From Dehalococcoidia bacterium (GTDB lineage: Bacteria; Chloroflexota; Dehalococcoidia; Lucifugimonadales; UBA3495), in assembly GCA_963692995.1 (NCBI GenBank), contig OY843611.1:969395-1033394 (forward strand): 64,000 nt of DNA, read 5' to 3'. Shown here piece by piece: positions 53,608 through 64,000 of the stretch; positions within the stretch are counted from its first letter, which is position 1; every line of letters starts with the position of its first letter. Under the pieces are notes generated by a model. It was not told where the DNA came from, ran no database searches, and worked only from the letters and a program-made list of their open reading frames with translations. The translations under genes and the position numbers were made by a program.

Positions 53608-54651
53608 TTACCCTTGTTGCGGCGACTGGGTACAGTGCCGGCGGGCCTGGCGCAGGTTGCGCTGGGTGAGTTCATCGGCGGGATTCAGCTGACTGGCTTG
53701 CTCCAGGTCGCGCAACGCCAGACGATACTCACCCAGGCAGAGCCGGGCGTAGCCGCGGCAGTTGTAGGCGTCGGCGTACTCCGGGGCCAGGGAGATGGCG
53801 CGGGTGAAGTCGGCGACGGCCCGGCTGTGTTCGCCCATCAGACCCCAGGTCAGACCATGATGATACAAGGCGTCGGCGTGGTCGGGATTGATGCTGGCGG
53901 CCTGCTCAAATTCCGCCATGGCCTGTTCATACTTCTCCTGGCGGCGATAGGCGACGCCGCGACTGATATGATCGTCAGCAGCGCGGGCAATCGGCTCGGC
54001 GTCAACCGGAGAGGCGGGTTCGCCGGCGGCGGATGGCGGCGGACCCGGTTCCGGTTCGGACGCCGGCGCCGGCTGCGGCGGCGGCGCCGGTTCGGACGCC
54101 AGTGCCGGCTGCGGCGGCGGCGCCGTTTCGGACGCCAGTGCCGGCTGTGTCGGCGGTTCCGGTTCGGAGGCCGCAGCCGGTTCAGGCCGGACATCGGCCG
54201 GCGCCTTTGGCGTGGGCACGCCGTAACGCCGGAGGCGCAGCCGGTGCTTTGCCCGATGCACCCGGTTGGCTTCGTTGATAGCGCCAACAGCGGCCAGCAA
54301 GCGGCCCACCGAGTCTAGGGCGCGGTCCAGATCATCGTCGTCAAAAGCCTTCTGGTGCGCCCAGCGGTTGCGGATTTCGCGGATTTCGGATACCAAGCTC
54401 CGCTCGACGGGGCCAAGGTAATCGCGGAAAATCTCATTCCAGGCCGCCGTCATCACGCGCAGCGTCGCGGCAACGTCGCCGGCGATTTCGTCCAGCGCAT
54501 CAGCGTTGGCCGGGTCAAACCGACCGTCGGCCATTGCGTCTTCCACCTTGCTGACAACGTAGGGGCCTAATCCGTCGGCCAGCAGGTTCAGGGCGTTCCC
54601 CACCAAGCTGTGATTGTTAAGGGACGCGGCAGTAGTCATAGAAATTTCCAC
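53608..54651 (-). CDS. Swt1-like HEPN domain protein fused to a Pro-rich repeat linker and TPR repeats
   Basis: N-terminus 'LLADGLGPYV...LRVMTAAWNEIFRDYLGPVERSLVSEIREIRNRWAHQKAFDDDDLDRALDSVGRLLAAVGA' carries the Rx4H motif RNRWAH. The linker has 12-aa repeats (PPPQPALASE.A). The C-terminal part has at least 3 TPR units ('YEQAMAEFEQAASINPDHADALYHHG', 'AVADFTRAISLAPEYADAYNCRG', 'ALRDLEQASQLNP'). The start is GTG 54651 or ATG 54639. Confidence 0.7.
   Translation of the reverse strand: MEISMTTAASLNNHSLVGNALNLLADGLGPYVVSKVEDAMADGRFDPANADALDEIAGDVAATLRVMTAAWNEIFRDYLGPVERSLVSEIREIRNRWAHQKAFDDDDLDRALDSVGRLLAAVGAINEANRVHRAKHRLRLRRYGVPTPKAPADVRPEPAAASEPEPPTQPALASETAPPPQPALASEPAPPPQPAPASEPEPGPPPSAAGEPASPVDAEPIARAADDHISRGVAYRRQEKYEQAMAEFEQAASINPDHADALYHHGLTWGLMGEHSRAVADFTRAISLAPEYADAYNCRGYARLCLGEYRLALRDLEQASQLNPADELTQRNLRQARRHCTQSPQQG
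54051..54178. repeat. In-frame 36-bp tandem repeat (2 near-identical + flanking degenerate copies) encoding the Pro-rich linker
   Basis: 'GGCTGCGGCGGCGGCGCCGGTTCGGACGCCAGTGCC' at 54071-54106 and 54107-54142 (1 mismatch). Degenerate copies lie on both sides. Confidence 0.8.
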
Positions 54652-54791
54652 GGGGATGGCGCCGGCTTGCCCCTGGGAAGGTTGGCTGTGGCGCGAGTGT
54701 CAGATCAACGTCGGCACCATAGCACAACGCGGCCCGCCGCCACTGCGGACAGGCCGCGCAATTTTAGCGATTTGAGAACAACCGGACGATT

Positions 54792-56744
<1,953 letters not shown>

Positions 56745-56962
56745 GGCAACGAACCTCCGGAGCAGTGAATCCTATAGCATAAAGGTTGGTTGGGCAGATA
56801 TTAGCACATTGCCTCGCCCGGCGGGTTGGGTGGGTGTCGGTTTAACGCAAAGGCGCCGAGACGCAAAGCGGAGCAGCAACGCGCCGCCGGCTCCCGAATG
56901 TTAGAATCCCCTGACCTGCTATCCCCTGACGCCGCGCGCGAAAAACGCGGAGGTATTTCTTG

Positions 56963-57646
56963 ATGACCACAACAATGTTGAACATGATCGGAATGCCGTC
57001 GGCGCGTCCCTTCAGCCCGCAAGAATGCGCCGCCCTGGCCCAGGCCGGCATCATCGACGCCAGCGAGCAAGCCGACGTGCTGGCCGGCCGCCGCCGCTTC
57101 ACCGTGGACGAGTACCTGGCCATGGCAGTGGCCGGCATTCTTCACGACGACGACCGAGTTGAGCTTATAAACGGAGAGGTAATCATCATGCCGCCGATTG
57201 GTGACCCTCACGAGACCGGCACTGACTGGCTCACCAGGCTGCTAGTGCCGCCGTTGATCAATCGCGCGATGGTACGTGTGCAAGGGACAATACGCCTGAA
57301 CGACCGTAGCGCCCCACAACCGGATATCGCCGTGTTGCGGGAGCGTCCCTTGAGCGAAGTGAGGCCGTACTTCCCGCAGGACGTGTACTTGGTCATTGAA
57401 GTTGCCGACAGTTCCCTGGCCTTTGACCAGGGCGCCAAGCTGGCCCGGTATGCGGCGGCCGGCATCCCGGAGGTTTGGGTCGCCAACCTGCGGGCGCGGG
57501 AGGTAACCGCGTACTCCGATCCTGATGGATCGGAGTACGCCAGCGTCCATACTTATGGGGCTGGCGACAGCATCAGCCCGCGAGCCTTCCCCGACGTGGT
57601 ACTGGCGGTGGCCGACTTCATGCCGCCGGCCGACACGGGTGAGTAG
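56963..57646 (+). CDS. Uma2-family (DUF820) endonuclease
   Basis: 'FTVDEYLAMAVAGIL..DDRVELINGEVIIMPPIG..H', 'PQPDIAVL', 'DVYLVIEVADSSLAFDQGAKLARYAAAGIPEVWV'. ATG 56963 with GGAGG 9 nt upstream. Confidence 0.82.
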   Translation: MTTTMLNMIGMPSARPFSPQECAALAQAGIIDASEQADVLAGRRRFTVDEYLAMAVAGILHDDDRVELINGEVIIMPPIGDPHETGTDWLTRLLVPPLINRAMVRVQGTIRLNDRSAPQPDIAVLRERPLSEVRPYFPQDVYLVIEVADSSLAFDQGAKLARYAAAGIPEVWVANLRAREVTAYSDPDGSEYASVHTYGAGDSISPRAFPDVVLAVADFMPPADTGE

Positions 57647-57670
57647 AGAGCTGCTCTAACTAAACCTATG

Positions 57671-57706
57671 GGAGGCGGTCAGGGCATAGTCCGGTATTCC
57701 GCCTCC
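57671..57706. terminator. Stem-loop between the convergent Uma2 and LRR-protein genes (possible terminator)
   Basis: 'GGAGGCGG'-20 nt-'CCGCCTCC'. 8-bp GC-rich stem with no clear U-run. Confidence 0.35.
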
Positions 57707-57813
57707 GCCACTTTCCGGGCGCCGTCGCACATGTACTCCATCGGAAACGCCTTAGCTTTCTGATGATAAGCGGAAGCACTCCGACGGCCGCAGGGCCGCG
57801 CACGACGAATCAT

Positions 57814-59832
57814 TCAGCAGAACGGCAAACCCAAGTTGGCAAGGTCATTGGCCGCTACGTCGTTCCATCCAATAGGTACACACCCTGAAAATTGATTGGC
57901 GCCGGCCAGCCGCAAGTATCTCAGCGCGGCAAGATTGCTCAATGAGGCAGGTATAGTTCCGGTCAGCCGGTTGTCATCGAGTTCCAACCGGGTCAAGTTG
58001 TCAAGGCGGCCTAACTCCGTCGGTATCTGCCCGTTCAACCGGTTGTCGGAGAGCAACAGCTCCCGCAGGCTGGCGAGATTGCTCAGTCCTGGCGGCAGCT
58101 CGCCCGACAGACCGTTTTCAGCAAGGTCTAGTTCAATGACGCGGCCATCGGCATCGGTGGCTACGCCGTACCACGCTCCGATATGGACGTCACTGAGCCA
58201 GTTTGCGCTGTCGGTCCAACCAGCGCCGCCGGTGGCGTGGTACAACGCAACAAGTTCGGCCCGGTCCGCCTCGTGGGTCTCGGTTCTTCCGTAGTACCAG
58301 TGGCCGATCAACTCGTCCACCTTTGCTGCCACGTCATCCGACGCTCCAGCCTTGAAGGCTGCTGCCACGTGGCAGATGCCCAGGTAGGCGCTTGCACAAT
58401 AGTCGGTGGGGTCATCGCGCAATTGTTTCAAGTAGAGGCTGCGGAACGCCTGTCGGAAAGTTGCTTCGCCCAGCGCGTGATAGAGGTCAAGGAACAACCG
58501 CTGCCCCAGCCGGTAGGAGCAACTGTATTCATAGATGCCGCTTTCGGCATCGGCAATCTCGCTGATAGTGTTGAACCATATGCATTGTTTCCGGTTGTGT
58601 GCCAGCGGTCGGCCAACGCGCGCATTCTCGGAGAGAATTACGAGCATATCCGCCCCGCCTTCGCTAATCCATGGTGCAGAGTTCCGCCAATAGTAATGGG
58701 CAGCTTCGTGCGCGGCGTGTCTCGGCGCGCGCCAATACTCACCGACGGCGGGGTCGCGCTCCGGATTCGACTCTATGTGCGTACCTACGTGGCGTCCGCT
58801 GGAAACATAGTCGACAAAGTACCATGCTACGTAGTTGGTGGGCAGGGGCTTGCCCATGAAACCTTCGTGGTGGCGCACGGCGTGCTCCAAGTAACCCATG
58901 TTGGGGCTGGGGCTGGTTTGTTCACGGAAGCGGATGATGGCCAGCAGCACCTCGCCGGAGTGGGGGAGGTTGATGGTACGTTCCTCTTTGAAAACACTTG
59001 TTCCGTCCAGCAGGACAGGCACCAACTCGGACTTGTACTTGTTGGTACTGCTCAGCAAAGCAACTATTTTTGCCTCTTCGTCCGTGATGCCGTCGCTGAG
59101 CGTAGGGTGGGTCATGAGTTCCAGAAATTCTGCCGACCCTGCGTCCTCAAAACTTTCCAGCGAGCGCACCGCCATTGCGTCCGGGCTTTCAACAGTATCC
59201 AGGAAGGGCATATCCAGAATCTCGATGGCCTTTTGGACGACTTGCGGTTGCAAGGATTCGTCCTCGGCCCGGATGGTGGAGTAAAGGCGATCGATCACGA
59301 CGGCCTCATCTCTGGTCATGCTGTCCCGTATCCACGATTTTTGCGTCATGGCGGCGAATACATCCGGATACCAGATGGCGCATGCAATCAGCGTCTCGGC
59401 AGATTCCCCCTCGGTATCGTTAACTCCGTCTGCTACCCAGGGCAGCGAGCTGATTTCGTTGGCCCGCGCCGGTTTGTTCCGTTCCAGCCAGACGCCGTTT
59501 TTCAGGTGAGCGATTGGGCTCGGTGGCGTCGGCGTGCGGGTTGGCGTGGGCCGAGGTCGGGGCGTGAATGTCGGGGCCGGCGTGTTCGTGGGCGGCAAAG
59601 GGGTATCGGTGGGAGACGGTGTGATGGCAGATGCCGTTGCGGGCAGCGCGGCGGTCGCCGTGGGCGACGAGGTTGGCGTATCGGTTGACGACGCCGTGGC
59701 TGTAGGCGATGAGACGACCGGCAGCGCCGCCGCAACCGTCAGAAACGGCACCGGCGCCGTGCAAGCTGCCCCGGTCAAAGCCAGCGTAAAAGCAATCACG
59801 GCGAAGAAGTTTCGGGCAGTTATGACAGTCAT
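57814..59832 (-). CDS. Secreted/lipoprotein-like protein: Pro/Thr stalk, HExxH-containing central domain, C-terminal plant-type leucine-rich repeats
   Basis: Signal 'FFAVIAFTLALTGAAC'. 'AAHEAAHYYW.....WISEGGADML' is HExxH followed by W-x-x-EG. The cap-plus-LRR region is 'LVALYHATGGAGWTDSANWLSD..IGAWYGVATDADGRVIELDLAENGLSGELPPGLSNLASLRELLLSDNRLNGQIPTELGRLDNLTRLELDDNRLTGTIP'. The start is ATG 59832 or TTG 59838. Confidence 0.75.
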   Translation of the reverse strand: MTVITARNFFAVIAFTLALTGAACTAPVPFLTVAAALPVVSSPTATASSTDTPTSSPTATAALPATASAITPSPTDTPLPPTNTPAPTFTPRPRPTPTRTPTPPSPIAHLKNGVWLERNKPARANEISSLPWVADGVNDTEGESAETLIACAIWYPDVFAAMTQKSWIRDSMTRDEAVVIDRLYSTIRAEDESLQPQVVQKAIEILDMPFLDTVESPDAMAVRSLESFEDAGSAEFLELMTHPTLSDGITDEEAKIVALLSSTNKYKSELVPVLLDGTSVFKEERTINLPHSGEVLLAIIRFREQTSPSPNMGYLEHAVRHHEGFMGKPLPTNYVAWYFVDYVSSGRHVGTHIESNPERDPAVGEYWRAPRHAAHEAAHYYWRNSAPWISEGGADMLVILSENARVGRPLAHNRKQCIWFNTISEIADAESGIYEYSCSYRLGQRLFLDLYHALGEATFRQAFRSLYLKQLRDDPTDYCASAYLGICHVAAAFKAGASDDVAAKVDELIGHWYYGRTETHEADRAELVALYHATGGAGWTDSANWLSDVHIGAWYGVATDADGRVIELDLAENGLSGELPPGLSNLASLRELLLSDNRLNGQIPTELGRLDNLTRLELDDNRLTGTIPASLSNLAALRYLRLAGANQFSGCVPIGWNDVAANDLANLGLPFC

Positions 59833-59876
59833 CTCCAAGCCCGGCGGAGACGGATTATAGCGTACAATCCACAGCC

Positions 59877-61352
59877 ATGCCCGCCGTTGCCGAACGCGAA
59901 CCCGCTGCGCCGACGAACCGCGTTACCTGGCGAACCATCGCCCTGGCTTCCGCCGCCGCCCTGGGAATGGCGCTGGCGTCGCTGGATTTCGCGGTCAACG
60001 TGGGCCTGCCCGCCATGCGGGACGCTTTCGAAACCGACTTGGCGTCCGTGCAGTGGGTTATCGTAGTTTTCATCGCCACGCGGGCCGGGTTGGCGCTGGG
60101 TTCGGGAGCGTTTGCCGACCGGTTCGGGTTACGATTGGTGTACTGGTTCGGCGCGGCGACCTATCTGGTCGCCATGGTGTGCCTGTCTCTGGCGCCTACG
60201 CTGGAAGCGTTAGGGGGTTTTCGTTTCCTCCAGGCCCTGGGAACGGGATGCCTCTACAGCGCCGCGCCGGCCATCGCCGCGTCGGTGTTTCCGGAGTCCC
60301 GGCGAGGGCTGTCCATGGGGTTCACGTCGGCGAGCCTGGCGTCGGGAATGGTGCTGTCAACGCTGGCCGCGGGGCCGTTGGTGCAGTTGTTCGGTTGGCC
60401 GGCCGTGTTCTGGGGCCGCATCCCTCTGGCCGCGCTCGCGCTGATCATCGGCCTGCTGGCGATGCCCCGGTCGATTCATCAAGACACGGGTCATCAAGAC
60501 ACGGGCAACGGAGGGGTGGGGTCGCAATCCGGACCGCGGTTTGACGTAACGGGCGCGGCGCTGGTGCTAGCGCTGTTGTGGTGCCTGATGATCGGCTTGC
60601 GGCTTGGACAGGCCATCGGTTGGACCTCCCCGATCGTCATCGCGCTGCTTGCTGCATCGCCGGCGGTGTTGACGGCGCTGATCCGGGTGGAGCGCAAGGC
60701 CGAACTGCCGGTACTGCCCGGGGCTCTGGCGCGATTGAGCGGATTCCAGACTGCGGCCGCGGCGATGTTTCTGGGTCATTTCTCCCAGTTCGTGCTCTGG
60801 TTCATCTTCCCCTTTTATATCACCGATGCTTTGCATCGCAGCCCGGTGACGCTGGGGATACTTTTCGCCATCATGTCGTCGTCCAATATCCTCTCATCGC
60901 CGGTGGGAGGCTGGCTGTGCGACCGCTGGGGAATCCGCCCGGTGGGAGCATTGGGCCTGGGAATGACCGCGGCGGGGCTGCTGATTATGTCAGCGCTGGA
61001 CGACGGTTCGGCCATTTGGCATCCGGCTGGCGCAATAGCGATAGTGGGCCTGGGCGTGGGCTGGTTTCAATCGGCGGCCTATGCCCTGATGTTGGGAACC
61101 GTTCCGCCGGAACGGTTCGGCACGGCGTCGGGAGCGCTGTCCCTGGCCCAGGCGTCCGGCACGGTTCTCTGCGTGGCCATCGTCGGTGCGGTGTTCGCCG
61201 GCCTGAGCGACCATTACGCCGCCGGTGGCGCCGCATCCGACGCCTTCCTGTTGGCCTACCGAGACGTTTTTCGTATCGGAGCGGCCACGGCGGGAATGGC
61301 AGCCGTCGGGTTTGCGCTGCGGGCGCGGCAACCACGACGCGATACGGCGTAA
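59877..61352 (+). CDS. MFS transporter, DHA2 (14-TM, EmrB/QacA-like) type
   Basis: 'LGMALASLDFAVNVGLPAMRDAF', 'GAFADRFGLRLVYWFG', and many hydrophobic helices. Confidence 0.85.
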   Translation: MPAVAEREPAAPTNRVTWRTIALASAAALGMALASLDFAVNVGLPAMRDAFETDLASVQWVIVVFIATRAGLALGSGAFADRFGLRLVYWFGAATYLVAMVCLSLAPTLEALGGFRFLQALGTGCLYSAAPAIAASVFPESRRGLSMGFTSASLASGMVLSTLAAGPLVQLFGWPAVFWGRIPLAALALIIGLLAMPRSIHQDTGHQDTGNGGVGSQSGPRFDVTGAALVLALLWCLMIGLRLGQAIGWTSPIVIALLAASPAVLTALIRVERKAELPVLPGALARLSGFQTAAAAMFLGHFSQFVLWFIFPFYITDALHRSPVTLGILFAIMSSSNILSSPVGGWLCDRWGIRPVGALGLGMTAAGLLIMSALDDGSAIWHPAGAIAIVGLGVGWFQSAAYALMLGTVPPERFGTASGALSLAQASGTVLCVAIVGAVFAGLSDHYAAGGAASDAFLLAYRDVFRIGAATAGMAAVGFALRARQPRRDTA

Positions 61353-61413
61353 CCTTCGGTCATTGCGACTCCCTACTCGATGTGGGAGGGGAGCGGCAAC
61401 CCTGCGTTGCAAA

Positions 61414-62061
61414 CTATCCGCGCCGCCGCGCCGGCCGCAGGATGCGAATGTTCCACCACGTTATCAACGGCGTGATGACAATGGTGGGCACGATCCAGGG
61501 CAACCACACCGGAATGCCCAACTGCTCCGCGTCCACGTTCACCACCGTTACGGCCGTAATCGTGGCGATGGTGCCGGCCAGCATATTGGTTAGATGTCGC
61601 GCCACGCGCCGCGCTCCGCCCGGCTGAATACGGTGAAATCGCGCGTCCGCCGCGCTCAGCGCCAGCGCGATGACCCCGAAAACCAGCAGCGTCACCCACT
61701 GAGAACTGCCGTTGAGTCCAATGACGACGGCATAGGCCCACATTCCCAATCCCGTAACCGCCAGTATTCCCGCTGCCGCCCAATCTACCGGATGCGCCCG
61801 ACGCTGCCGGTTGCGGGCGAATCGCCACCCCGCAAAGACCAGGTAGAAACTGAAAAAGGCGATCAGGAACAGGAAGATGCTGCTGCCCAGAATCGCCAAC
61901 GGTATGGCCGTCACAAACACCAGCGTCATTCCGATGGCGTAAATCCGACCGGCCAGAATGTGCCAACGTTCGCCTTTAGGGGTAATCAGCGCTATCGCCG
62001 CCGTGAGCAGAGAGATGGAACCGGCTGTAATATGTATCGACAGCAGTATAAGACTAATCAT
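61414..62061 (-). CDS. Multi-pass integral membrane protein (hypothetical)
   Basis: 215 aa with ~6 hydrophobic helices. 'MISLILLSIHITAGSISLLTAAIALITPKGERWHILAGRIYAIGM'. No confident family. Confidence 0.6.
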   Translation of the reverse strand: MISLILLSIHITAGSISLLTAAIALITPKGERWHILAGRIYAIGMTLVFVTAIPLAILGSSIFLFLIAFFSFYLVFAGWRFARNRQRRAHPVDWAAAGILAVTGLGMWAYAVVIGLNGSSQWVTLLVFGVIALALSAADARFHRIQPGGARRVARHLTNMLAGTIATITAVTVVNVDAEQLGIPVWLPWIVPTIVITPLITWWNIRILRPARRRG

Positions 62062-62094
62062 GAACCCTCCGACCCAATCGGGCTGTTCAGTAAC

Positions 62095-63336
62095 TTACTC
62101 CAGTGCGCCGGCATCGGCCAGTTCTCGATACTCGTCAGCGTTTAAACCCACTATTTCCCGCAACGCATACTCGGTATCCTGGCCCAGCAGCGGCGCCGGC
62201 CGGTTCAGGCGTCCCGGCGTGAGGGACAGTTCCAGCTCCGTATAGTCGGTGGCGTACGGCCCCATCTCGGGGTGGTCCAGCCAGGTAAAATGGTTGCGGT
62301 GTTTCAGCTGGGCGTCCTCGAATAGATCGCGGGTATCGTTGACCACGCCGGCCGGGACGCCGGCGGCTTGCAGGCGGCGCATCAGCTCGTGCCGGTCCTG
62401 GTTCGTCGTCCAGGACGCGATAATGCCTTCCAGCTTGTCCTCGTGGGCCTTGCGTACCCGGAAGGTCCCAAACTCGCCTGAGGTGATGTCGGAATACCCA
62501 TCGTCCGCTATCGCGTCGCGCAGCGCCGCCCATTGCCCATCGGTGAACACGGCGATGGCGATCCAGCGGTCTGCTGCTCCGTTGGCGTCCGGCGCGCAGG
62601 GGAACGCTCCGTGGGGAGATGCGGATGGGTGACGATTGCCCACCAGTTCCGGCTCGCGACCGTTCACGGCGGCGTCCAGCAGCATCGGCCCACTGAAGTG
62701 GAGGCTGGTCTCCAGCTGGGACATATCCAGATGCGTTCCCCGCCCGGTAGCCCGCTGCCGGTCCACGGCAGACAGGATGGCGGCCACCGCAAATTTGGGG
62801 CACACGAAGTCGGTGTACGCTCCATAGGGGTTCACCGGCCCCCGGTCGGGCCAGCCGATGATGTTGGTGTAGCCGGCCAGCGATGACAGTACCGCCCCAA
62901 AACCCGGTTGGGTCTGCATCGGCCCGCCTCGCCCCAGCATGGATGCGCTGAATAGCACGATGCGCGGGTTCACCCGGCTCAACTCGTCGTATCCCAACCC
63001 CCACCGCTCCAGCGTTCCGGGCGTAAAGTTTTCGGTAACAACGTCGGCCCATTCCGCGATGCGGAGGATCAATTCCGGAGCCTGCGGGTGGCCCATGTCG
63101 ATGGAGATACCGTACTTGTTGGCGTTGTAGTTCGCAAAATAGCCGGAGCGGTTGATGCCCGCTGTGCCGCCGGCGAAGGGGCCGGCCCTCCGCAGCGTCT
63201 CCGGCCGTTTGGCGGATTCCACTCGCAGCACCGTCGCACCGTATTCCGACAGATACTTGGTGGTCATCGGCCCGACGGCGACCCAGCAGAAATCCAGGAC
63301 CTTCAGTCCGTCCAGCGGCAGAGATGTCATGCTCAT
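62095..63336 (-). CDS. Family-III CoA-transferase (CaiB/BaiF type)
   Basis: 'LDGLKVLDFCWVAVGPMTTKYLSEYGATVLRVES', 'NKYGISIDM', 'ADVVTENFTPGTLERWGLGYDEL'. Confidence 0.88.
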   Translation of the reverse strand: MSMTSLPLDGLKVLDFCWVAVGPMTTKYLSEYGATVLRVESAKRPETLRRAGPFAGGTAGINRSGYFANYNANKYGISIDMGHPQAPELILRIAEWADVVTENFTPGTLERWGLGYDELSRVNPRIVLFSASMLGRGGPMQTQPGFGAVLSSLAGYTNIIGWPDRGPVNPYGAYTDFVCPKFAVAAILSAVDRQRATGRGTHLDMSQLETSLHFSGPMLLDAAVNGREPELVGNRHPSASPHGAFPCAPDANGAADRWIAIAVFTDGQWAALRDAIADDGYSDITSGEFGTFRVRKAHEDKLEGIIASWTTNQDRHELMRRLQAAGVPAGVVNDTRDLFEDAQLKHRNHFTWLDHPEMGPYATDYTELELSLTPGRLNRPAPLLGQDTEYALREIVGLNADEYRELADAGALE

Positions 63337-63391
63337 AATCCTGCAATCCGCTCAACCGGGGAGCCGGTTGGCGGTGGCGGCATACCAACCA

Positions 63392-64000
63392 CTAAATGAT
63401 TCCCAACTCGGTCAGGCGCGCCAGGTCGCTGGCTCGCAAACCCAGCTCACCGCCCAGAATCTCGCCGTTGTGTTCGCCGATGCGCGGGGCGCGTCGCCGC
63501 ACACCCACCCGCGATGCGTCCTGCATATCTTTGACGAAATGCCCCGGATACGGAACGGTTTCACCGATGTCGGTGTGCTCAATCCGGTCATAGTAATCGC
63601 GGGCTTCCAGCTGACGGTGGGCCAGGATGTCGCCGGGCGTCGCAACCGGAAACAGCAGAATGCGTCGTTCCAGCGCGCCGTCGGCCAGTTCGTTGCGGGT
63701 ATGCGTCATGAAGAACGGCGCCACGGCGGCGACGGTCTGCTCCATGATCTCGGCCCGCGCCGTTCCATACCCCAGCTCCTCCCAGTTCACCGCGTCCAAC
63801 TCAGGACTGCCCATGCCTTCCTCATCCATCCACTCCAGCAAGGCCCGCACGCTGCGGGCGGATCCCGCCGTGCCGCCGCCGGGCTGGAAGTTCACATAGC
63901 CGTCCTGGCATGGCCAGTTGATGCGGGTGAAGGTTCCGCCAGCCGATTCGCGATAGGCTCCCATGCGGCGCAGGATAGTCTGCTCCAAGTCCCAATACTG
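63392..64000 (-). CDS. Family-III CoA-transferase, C-terminal half (5' end beyond window)
   Basis: The frame is open to the window edge (..QYWDLEQTILRRMG..). 'RRAPRIGEHNGEILGGELGLRASDLARLTELGII' is a typical family-III C-terminus. Confidence 0.78.
   Translation of the reverse strand, partial: QYWDLEQTILRRMGAYRESAGGTFTRINWPCQDGYVNFQPGGGTAGSARSVRALLEWMDEEGMGSPELDAVNWEELGYGTARAEIMEQTVAAVAPFFMTHTRNELADGALERRILLFPVATPGDILAHRQLEARDYYDRIEHTDIGETVPYPGHFVKDMQDASRVGVRRRAPRIGEHNGEILGGELGLRASDLARLTELGII

Noticed and set aside
56910-56935. Direct repeat ATCCCCTGAC x2 upstream of the Uma2 gene at 56963
   Set aside because: It is only 10 bp, occurs twice with a 5-bp gap, and has no supporting promoter geometry. 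It is too short to distinguish from chance.
58183-59688. 501-aa plus-strand ORF
   Set aside because: Antisense to the HExxH/LRR protein gene. It ends in an Arg/Gly run that is the antisense reading of the Pro/Thr stalk.
62135-63388. 417-aa minus-strand ORF in an alternative frame of the CoA-transferase gene
   Set aside because: It is on the same strand as the 413-aa ORF (62095-63336) that carries clear family-III CoA-transferase motifs, but shifted in frame. The product is Arg/Gly/Pro/Ala-rich.

Overview
This is a dense, G+C-rich (by eye about two-thirds G+C) bacterial chromosomal segment. It carries about 60 protein-coding genes on both strands, with mostly short spacers. I found no rRNA, tRNA, CRISPR array, integrase, transposase or prophage module.

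Backbone genes:
- priA (3'-truncated at the left edge and missing from the ORF track), rplS, uvrB, the yebC-ruvC-ruvA operon, and acs.
- A MATE exporter and an MFS exporter.
- A peptide/nickel-type ABC importer with two paralogous binding proteins and two permeases, but no ATPase.
- A lone molybdopterin-hydroxylase large subunit, MqnA, SppA, and a Nudix hydrolase.
- Many redox and hydrolase genes: 2 LLM oxidoreductases, 3 VOC-fold proteins, several alpha/beta hydrolases (one is a tandem-fused double esterase), an HpaB-MOSC pair, and 2 family-III CoA-transferases.

The gene content (Uma2/DUF820 nucleases, futalosine-pathway MqnA, Pro/Thr-rich lipoprotein linkers) suggests a Chloroflexota-like organism. 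That is inference only. Most long track ORFs that lie antisense or out of frame to these genes are GC-driven artefacts.

I see no clearly delimited novel multi-gene system. The observations most worth a second look are:
1. A Swt1-like HEPN domain fused to TPR repeats.
2. A small TM/coiled-coil family with a conserved His-rich tail. One of its two copies carries near-perfect 54-bp and 33-bp in-frame tandem repeats.
3. A MITE-like composite repeat (two copies, one with a nested insertion), plus a dispersed GTCATTCC palindrome family.
4. A secreted HExxH protein with a plant-type LRR ectodomain.
5. A solo Panacea-domain gene upstream of rplS.
6. Two duplicated consensus promoters with ~190-nt AT-rich leaders ahead of the ABC binding-protein paralogues.
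7. A split, order-inverted D-glutamate-cyclase-like gene pair.
8. Three Uma2 loci, one of which is a relic.

All start-codon refinements and all regulatory calls are sequence-based predictions.
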